Shown piece by piece: positions 55,309 through 64,000 of a stretch of 64,000 nucleotides of DNA. Origin of the DNA: Octopus sinensis (taxonomy: Eukaryota); the NCBI RefSeq assembly GCF_006345805.1, contig NC_042998.1, positions 203,918,001 through 203,982,000 on the forward strand, written 5' to 3'. Below the pieces are notes generated by a model, which did not search any database, was not told where the DNA came from, and was given only the letters and a program-made list of their open reading frames with translations. The position numbers and the translations under genes were made by a program. Position 1 is the first letter of the stretch, and every line of letters starts with the position of its first letter.

Positions 55309-55550
55309 GTTACTATAGTAACAAGTACAGAGCCAAAACACAATTTGTAACTATGGTAAGAACAGAAAGCTAGAAATCCACGCAGCTGTGTTTCCATAGT
55401 AACGATAGCGAGATCCTCAACACCGTATTACTATAGTAACGACAGAGAACCATGCTACACAACGTTACTATAGAAACGGTTGAAAACTATACAACAAAAG
55501 GTTACTATGGTGACGACAGAGTCCACACAATGCTATGTTACTATAGTAAC
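55309..55550. promoter_or_regulatory. Array of seven 14-bp palindromes (consensus GTTACTATAGTAAC), RFX X-box-like, period about 37 bp
   Basis: Copies start at 55309, 55347, 55390, 55427, 55464, 55501 and 55537. The array is directly visible; the regulatory role is inferred. Confidence 0.55.
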
Positions 55551-56069
55551 GATCGGGCTATTGTGCAAAATTCAGTTGTGGCCCTTCGTGTACCCAGGGA
55601 TGATTGCTTTATTTCATTCTTCCTTGATCAATGACGTGAATACCAGTCATGTACTGGGGACAATTAATCCGACAACACAGTCCTGTCCCATTAAAGAATA
55701 TAAACGAGTTAAAAGCGAAATTGCGTTGTATTCAATCGGTTAGAAATGATAGCGAAATCTCCCTCGAATTTCAGCACTGCGATGTCTTAACCAACGAAGG
55801 ATGTATCAGACAATATAATCTTTAATACTCTAAGAGAAGGTCACGGTTGAAACGCTTTAAGAGCTAGATAAGGCTATGTGGTTAGAAAGTTTCCCTTGTA
55901 ACCCCTTTGTTCAATGTTCGTTTTATTCTGCAGAGCGGCGCCTTCGGACGTCTTCTTGTGTTTGAGCGTCGCGTTTGTCAATCTCTTTTTAATTGGAAAA
56001 TATGCGTGTATGTATGTATGTATGTATGTATGTATGTATGTATGTATGTATGTATGTATGTATGTACGT

Positions 56070-56686
56070 AAGTCGGCGAACTGGCAGAAACGTTAGCACG
56101 CCGGGTGAAATCCATAGCGGTATTTCGTCTGCCGCTACGTTCTGCGTTAAAATTCCGCCGTAGTCGACTTTGCCTTCCATCCTTTCGAGGTCGATAAATT
56201 AAGTACCATTTACGCACTGGGGTCGATATAATCGACTTAATCCGTTTGTCTGTCCTTGTTTGTCTTCTCTGTGAGTAGCCCCTTGTGCGTAGTAAAGAAA
56301 TAGGTATTTTGTCTGCGGTTACGTTCTGAGTTCAAATTCCGCCGAGGTCGACTTTGCCTTTCATCCTTTCGGGGTCGATAAATTAGGTACCGGTTCACAC
56401 TGGGGATGTAATCGACTTAATCCCTTTGTGTGTCCTTGTTTGTCCCCTCTACGTTTAGCTCCTTGTGGGCAATAAAGAAATAAGAAACGTTAGCACACCG
56501 GGCGAAATGTTTAGCGGTATTTCGGCTGACGTTACATTCTGAGTTCAAATTTCGCCAAGGTCGACTTTGCCTTTCATCCTTTCGGGGCCGATTAAATAAG
56601 TACCAGTTAATTACTGGGGTCGATGTAATCGACTTGGTCCCCTGTTTGTCTCCTCTATGTTTAGCCCTCTGTGAGCAATAACGAAA
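56070..56686 (+). mobile_element. Type M SINE trimer
   Basis: Three head-to-tail units; the 2nd and 3rd are 5'-truncated. Confidence 0.88.
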
Positions 56687-57562
56687 TATATACGTATGTA
56701 CGTATATATGTTTCTACATATGTATGTATATATGTAAGTACATACGTACATACATATATACATACATACGCAGATTCATATATACATATGTACGTATACA
56801 TTTATGTATGTATGTCTTCATGTATGTTTGTCTATAAATAAATATATATGTATGTATGTATATAGTATGTATGTGTGTACACACGCAACATTAGCATGCC
56901 TACACGTGTGTACATACAATTGTTACCTACTAAATTTCTGAAATGTTTTAAATATCTACAGAGTTGCTTTATGAACACTAATTACCTAATTAGCCGTGTT
57001 TTCTCTAGATTGTCGAAGACCAACTTCTGCAGATTGATGCTGAGACAGTCCAAGTAACCCAATAGTTTCCATATATGGAAAGAGCTGAAGTTATTGTCTG
57101 AGTGAAGTCGCTGTATATTTCTCATTAATTCGTTATAAATGATGGCATCTTTCACTAATCTCCAGCATTATGTTAACATCTCCTGAACGGATCAGTGCAA
57201 CAACAGTGCACAGCCTCTTTGCTCTGTCCCAATTAAAATAATAATAATCTTGCTTGTGTGTGTGGGTTTGAATGGAATAGTAATTAAGGTTTTAAGGTGG
57301 GTTGCTGTGGAGAGGTGTCTTGGAGAATTTTTTATTATATGTATGTATGTATGTATGTATGCATGCATGCATGCATGTATGTATGTATGTATGTATGTAT
57401 GTATGTATGTATGTATGTATGTATGCATGCATGCATGCATGCATGTATGTATGTATGTATGTATGTATGTATGTATGTATGTATGTATGCATGCATGCAT
57501 GCATGTATGTATGTATGTATGTATGTATGTATGTATGTATGTATGTATGTATGTATGTATGT

Positions 57563-58440
57563 ATTGAAAAAGCTAGAAAAGCATTTGGAAGGCTTGAAAA
57601 TCGTGTGTGGTCTGATAGAGGTATCACCTTCAAAACCTATGAATCTTTCATTTTAACGGTCCTCCTGCCCTCTCATGAGATCTGGACGACATATCAGCGC
57701 CATATCAAGGCTTTAGAAAGATTCCATCAGGCTTGCCTAAAGAGAATACTAGACATCAAATGGAAATCTTTAACACCAGATACCAATTTCTTTATTACCC
57801 ACAAAAGGCTAAACATAGAGGGGACAAACATAGGTATTAAGTCGATTACATCGACCCCAGTGCGTAACTGGTACTTAATTTATCGACCCCGAAAGGATGA
57901 AAGGCAAAGTCGACCTGGGCGGAATTTGAACTCACAACGTAACGGCAGCCGAAATACCGCGAAGCATTTCGTCCGACTTGCTAACGTTTCTGCCAGCTCA
58001 CCGCCTTTAACACCAGATACCGTTGTTCTTCAGCAAGCTAACACATCCAGTATTGAAATGACCCTCATACGCAGTCAGATGCGTTGGGCTGGGCACCTTG
58101 CTAGGATGCAGGATGACAGGTTGCCAAAGCTGTTGTTTTACGGGAAGTTGCAGCCTGGCAAACGTCCGAGACATAAACCTAAGAAAAGTTTTAGGGATGC
58201 AATCAAAAACAACCATAAGTCTCTTAATGTGAAAGTTGAAGAATAGGAGCAGATGACGCAAGATCGATCGGTTTGGAAACAAATGATCTACAATAGATGT
58301 AAAGAATTTGAAGCTCCAAGAATTGAGCAATCTATCTTGAAACGAGCACTTCGTAGACAGGACTTAACTACAATCCCAGACACTTTTCTGCTTAAAAATA
58401 TTTGTAAGATCTGCAGGACTTGCTTGTCATATAAGATCTC
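57563..58440 (+). mobile_element. RTE-clade LINE 3' fragment with a type M SINE inserted (57785-58005, -)
   Basis: IEKARKAFGRL, LERFHQACLKRIL, QMRWAGHLARMQDDRLPKLLFYGKL; SINE TSD TTTAACACCAGATACC. Confidence 0.92.
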
Positions 58441-58520
58441 ATGACAGTATTTATTAATTGAAGAGATGGTCGTCTTCTGTGAAGAAGTGGCAGCCATCAT
58501 GTATGAATCAAGTATGAATG

Positions 58521-58554
<34 letters not shown>

Positions 58555-59194
58555 TGTATGTATGTATGTATGTATGTATGTATGTATGTACACATCCTAT
58601 GTATGTATGTATGTATGTATTATGTATATATGTATGTATGCATGTAGATATGTATGTATGCGTGCATATGTATATACACATGTTTATGTGCGTGTATGTT
58701 AACACCTGTTTATCAATACTACAAAAATTGTTAATTTCCTCAGGTTGTATATCTGTTTTTTATCTGTTGCTTTTTCTTTTTCCCTTTTTTTTTTCTTTTT
58801 CCTTCATTTCCTTTTTCTATATCGGTGACTCATCAGCCAAACTTTCACAGTTCCATGGAAGAAGAACACGAAACAAAACCATCGGCGCTTTTCTAAGATA
58901 ACTTAATTTTCGTGTGACGTAATTGAGAGAGATGAAACCCACGAAGATACGGTGGAGAGAATTATCATCGTTGCTTCCCGATTCATTTGAATATTTTTCT
59001 GTTTGTAAACGAAATCTCAAGATTGTGCGTAGCGTCTTCAACGGAAATTGTCTCTCCATTTGTAATCAGACAATCAAACATGAGTTACCACTAATCTCTT
59101 AAATACATCCTGTTCTCAATCAGCTTCCATTACAACTATTGGAGGTGGGAGTCGCTCTCTTTCTCTCTGGCTTTCCTCCTCACACTTTCCCTCT

Positions 59195-59234
<40 letters not shown>

Positions 59235-59557
59235 AAGTGGACGTGAATTCCACTACCAAATACTACTGTCAGTAGTTATAATTCAATGCGCTGTCGTTGT
59301 TGTTGTTGTTGTTGAGCTTTAGTCTAAATCAACTCTAATCGAACAAATTCATGAACAAAGACAATCCTGCCGTGACCACTTCCCTCCATCCCTTCAGTAA
59401 TTTACGGCTCGTCTAAGCACTCCAGTATATGAATGTATCCAGTCTGGTTTACATGCGTGTGTGCATGTGTTGTATGTACAACCACAAACACTTCAACAGT
59501 TACAATATTCAACATAAACACGCACACTCAACACACATACACACAGAGACACATGTG

Positions 59558-59618
<61 letters not shown>

Positions 59619-59656
59619 TATATATAATATATTATAATATATATATATATATATAT

Positions 59657-59856
59657 TGCCATGATAGATCGTTAGCCACTACACACATTTTATTCTCTTC
59701 TTGTTTCTCTCCTTGTTTCTTTCTGTGTTCCTTTCTGTCGAAGAGCGTAGGCTCGAAACGTAAAAGACTTTTTCAATTCCCAAGCGTTATACTAATACAT
59801 CTGTTTGTTTTCTACACCACCTGTCTTCGTCTTTTGTTTTTTTTTTCGTAAACTCT

Positions 59857-59860
<4 letters not shown>
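59657..59860 (+). mobile_element. F1 pLTR-like element with HHR 59731-59766 (CUGUCGA)
   Basis: CUUU-CUGUCGA-A-GAGC(GUAG)GCUC-GAA-ACGU-A-AAAG; between (TA)n tracts. Confidence 0.78.
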
Positions 59861-59892
<32 letters not shown>

Positions 59893-59895
<3 letters not shown>

Positions 59896-60218
59896 AATAC
59901 AAAAAATGGGACAAGAACACAACAGGAGACAACAAAACATTCAGACAGACAGATGATATAAAAAAGGGACAAGAAAAAACAAGGACGTGTCATTCGGAGT
60001 TTTATTTCGTCAGTAAATTTCCAGATCATCTTTGCAGTTTCGGCTGGTTATATTCGAGACTGCTCCAATCTGGCTAGCCCCAAGGAAGATCTAAGCTAAG
60101 AGCACTAGATTTCTTGGAAGAGAGCAGCGAATGTATACGAAAACAAGGACGGAAAAAACCGGAGAAGTGGTACACAAATACAAATGGAAACAACAGGACA
60201 TTAACAACAGGTGTCTTT

Positions 60219-60220
<2 letters not shown>
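59893..60220 (-). mobile_element. TA-embedded short element, family F2 (partial copy at 17502-17630)
   Basis: Shares CAGCCGAAA..CTGA.GA..CGAATGAC..GTTCTTGTCCCATTTT with 17502-17630. Confidence 0.65.
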
Positions 60221-60315
<95 letters not shown>

Positions 60316-60894
60316 CTTCTAAAAGATCATTTTAGGTTGAAATGACACCAAAATTACAGCCATATTGTATCACGCCAGGCGAAATGCTTACCGGTTTTTC
60401 GTCTGTCTTTACGTTCTGAGTTCAAATTCCAGCGTGATCGACTTTGCCTTTCATCCTTTTGGTGTCGGTTAATTAAGAACCAGTTGATCTAATCGACTGG
60501 CCCCTCCCCAAAATTTCGGGCTTTGTGCCTAGAGTAGAAAGGCATATCGTATATCAAAGCAAGCTTTACTGTCCTGAACCCTAATATTTTATGACCCCAT
60601 CACCCAGAATGCGAGTTCGCTTCACCCATCCGAATGAGTAAACCCTTGAACAAGGCTGCATAGGAATGTCTACCCAACATGCATATGCACTGCAACCGAA
60701 TCAGCTACATGTACATGGATGCTACATGAAAGGATATTAGAACACCTATCCAGCAGAAACATGTGTCAAATTGGAACAGAAGGAGAATAAAACTGTAATA
60801 AACAAATTTTGAAAAGGCATAATTCTTCACTCTTCTTTATGATGTCTTGGGTATGTAGGTATGGATGGATGGATGTATGGATGGATGGATGGAT

Positions 60895-61290
60895 GTTCTT
60901 CTATTTTTCAATTATAATCCTCGACTGAGGAGAGAGCCGGTTTCCAACAAAGATACAAGGCTCCATCTTTGGGATGTAGTTAACACAAACGAATTCACAT
61001 TTGGAATTTGAGAAAAGTCTTGCATATTTTTATTGTTCCACTCACAGATTGCACTTGTAATGTACGAATCAGCCGGTCAGTTTCTCTTTCTGAAAATCCC
61101 ATTTTATCCAGATTTTCCTTTAAGCATTTATTAACAAAACCTAGTGCTCCAATTATTATTGGTATGAATATGAATTCATAGTCTGGATATAGAAGCTGGA
61201 GGTTTCGAAGCAGAGATGTCCTCTTTTTCTTTGATTTTTAAAGAGATATTTATATCTGCAGGGCAGCTGACCTTTATAACGGTACAATCC
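60895..61290 (-). mobile_element. 3' fragment of a second RLE-type non-LTR family ending in (ATCC)n
   Basis: VSCPADINI..LLYPDYEFIFIPIIIGALGFV..QVQSVSGTIKICKTFL-stop. Confidence 0.75.
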
Positions 61291-61337
61291 TCTGCGCATG
61301 TACATATGTATGCATATGCATTTATTTTTTAATAATA

Positions 61338-61397
<60 letters not shown>

Positions 61398-63127
61398 CAT
61401 TCAGTAGTTTTATTTTTATAGCGTGCTTTCACTTCACTACCGAGCGCAGCTCTGTGTGCCTTGGGTATGTGCTGTGATTTGTTGTGATGCTCTGATGGTT
61501 ATTGTATGGAAAGTGTTCTGCGTAGGATGTGTGCAGTGCCTAGTAGTGCAATTTTCTGTATGTTATATGTGTTTGTAAGTCCTGGTGTTTTTGTTATGTA
61601 TTTGTCTGAATATCTTTTTATCATGCCTAATGCACCTACTATGATAGGAATTGTTTCTGATTTTAGATTCCACATTCTGGTTACCTCTATTTCCAGGTCT
61701 TTGTATTTTGAGAGTTTCTCCATTTCTTTTAGAGACACGTTGTCATCTGCCGGTATTGATACATCAATTAGAAAGCATTTTTTTCTTCATGATCTCTGAC
61801 AACTATATCTGGTCTGTTGGCCTTAATTTCTCAATCTGTGTGTATCGGCATATCCCAGAGTATGGTTGCTTTCTCGTTTTCTGTGACCTTTTCTGGTGTG
61901 TGCCTATACCATCTTTTTTCTGTTGTTATTCCATAATGTTGGCATAGCTTCCAATGTATGTAGGTTCCAACTCTGTCATGTCTGTGAATATATTCCTTCT
62001 TAGCCAGGACTGGGCAGCTAGAGATAATATGATTTATTGTTTCTTGTCCATCTCCACATATTCTGCAGTTACTTGTAATACTTCTTTTCATTACATGTTT
62101 TTGGTAATTTCTGGTGGGGAGGCTTTGGTCTTGTGCTGCAATTAAAAATCCCTCTGTTTCTGCTTTGAGTCCTGAGCTTCTCAACCATTGCTGGGATTTT
62201 TCTTTGTCTATTTCTTTTGCGTTTAGTTTAGTGCAGTATTTACCATGAAGGGGTTTTTCTTGCCATCGTTTTATCATGGCTCGTTGCTGTTCTATTTTTA
62301 GTTTGGATTTCATTTGTTTTATAGCTTTTGTTGTTTCTTCATCATCTTCTTCTTCTTCTTTGTGTTTATTAGGTGGTATGATTTCTTGTTTGTATTTGTC
62401 AGCTTCCTTAAATACTGAGAACAGTTTTTTGTTTTGCTCGTGTTTTGCTGCTATCTGGATCAGTTTTCCTTCCTTCTGAAGTAAGTATTTTTGCAGTCCT
62501 ATGGTGGTTATTTTATAGTAGTTTTCCAGCTGTATAAGGCCTCTACCACCTTCTATACGTTGTATATATAGTCTTTCTATGTCAGATTTTGGGTGATGCA
62601 TCCTAGATCCTGTCAGTATTTTTCTTGTTTTCCTATCTATTTTGGACAGTTCATTTCGTGTCCAGTTAAGGATATTGTAGCTGTAACTTATAGCTGGGAC
62701 AGCTAAAGTGTTGATACCTATTATCTTGTTTTTAGCATTGAGCTCTGTGTTTAGTATGATCTAACTCGTCTATAATATTCTTTTTTTATTTTCTCTTTCA
62801 TTTGTGTGTGTTGTGTCTTATCTAGTTCATGGATTCCTAAGTATTTGTAAGTTTGGCTTTGGTCTAATTCTTTTATTTCATTGGTTTTATCTAGTGTGAT
62901 GTTGTTACTCTTAACTAGTTTTCCTCTTTTCATGGTTACTTTGGCGCATTTTTCTAATCCAAATTTCATATCTATTTCTCTGGTAAATCCATGAACTGTC
63001 TTTAATAGTGTTTCCAGCTGTTTGTCATTGCAGCGTATAGTTTTAGGTCATCCATATATAAAAGGTGGCTGATCGTTTTGCCGTAACATTTATATCCGCA
63101 TCCAGTTCTATTTAGCATATCAGATAG

Positions 63128-63128
<1 letters not shown>
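61398..63128 (-). mobile_element. 5'-truncated R4/Dong-like element flanked by (TAA)n
   Basis: HLLYMDDLKL, FGLEKCAK, ETEGFLIAAQDQSL, CRICGDGQETINHIISSC, RHDRV, KYKDLEIEV..PIIVGALG; (TTA)n at 61341-61397 and 63129-63197. Confidence 0.94.
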
Positions 63129-63199
<71 letters not shown>

Positions 63200-63450
63200 A
63201 TAAAGAAATTAATATCCAAACTCATCATAAAGATATACCCTTGTGAAAATACTTATTGTATTGAAAATATATATAAATTAATAAATATAAAAATATATAA
63301 AAATATATGTAAATATGTATAAATATAAATATAATGTATAAATAAATTTGATAATTTAAAAGTTTTGAATTAATTATTTAAAGCATTTTACGATTGTTTC
63401 ACAGAAGAGTTGTCCCTATAATGAAATCCTATATTGATAAGCATTTATGC

Positions 63451-63454
<4 letters not shown>

Positions 63455-63483
<29 letters not shown>

Positions 63484-63864
63484 TGTATGTATGTATGTTT
63501 GTATGTATGTATGTATGTATGTTTGTATGTATGTATGTATGTGTGCATGTATGTATGTATGTATGTATGTATGTATGTATGTATGTATGTATGTATGTTT
63601 GTATGTATGTATGTATGTATGTATGTATGTATATATGTATGTATGTATATATGTATGTATGTATGTTTGTATGTATGTATGTATGTATGTTTGTATGTAT
63701 GTATGTATGTATGTATGTATGTATGTATGTATGTATGTATGTATGTTTGTATGTATGTATGTATGTATGTATGTATGATGTATGTATGTATGTATGTATG
63801 TATGTTTGTATGTATGTATGTTTGTATGTATGTATGTATGTATGTATGTATATATGTATGTATG

Positions 63865-63898
<34 letters not shown>

Positions 63899-64000
63899 TG
63901 TATGTATGTATGTAGGTATGTATGTATATATGTATGTATGTATATATGTATGTATGTAGTATGTGTATGTATGTATGATATGTATGTAGTTATGTATGTA
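63455..64000. repeat. (ATGT)n microsatellite
   Basis: Direct reading; similar tracts at 12000, 25560, 57340 and 58520. Confidence 0.97.

Noticed and set aside
55309-55550. CRISPR array
   Set aside because: Eukaryotic context, degenerate 14-bp repeats, spacers related to one another, no cas genes; reported instead as an X-box-like array.
57302-58246. 314-aa ORF as a host gene
   Set aside because: Chimera of (ATGT)n, an RTE fragment and an in-frame antisense SINE.

Overview
Repeat-saturated, gene-poor eukaryotic DNA, probably intron or intergenic. The SINE families and the extreme (TA)n/(CA)n/(ATGT)n density suggest an octopod cephalopod (inference, no search run). No host gene can be called with confidence; there is one candidate 95-nt exon. 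Content: tRNA-derived SINEs of about four head/core types, CR1-like, RTE, Tx1-like and R4/Dong-like LINE fragments, a mariner derivative, a non-autonomous Helitron, and several Penelope-like elements (PLEs), one nearly full-length (RT + GIY-YIG). Main result: reading by eye found about 15 minimal type-I hammerhead ribozyme (HHR) motifs, mostly in short inserts next to microsatellites and often inside inverted repeats. They share a palindromic or near-palindromic helix III. The core 3-8 pair covaries (C-G, U-A, A-U), and recurrent A6U and U4C variants occur. A second notable signal is a 7-copy array of a 14-bp X-box-like palindrome with roughly 23-bp divergent spacers (55309-55550). Almost all long ORFs in the supplied track are microsatellite artefacts. 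Element boundaries were read manually and may be off by several bases.
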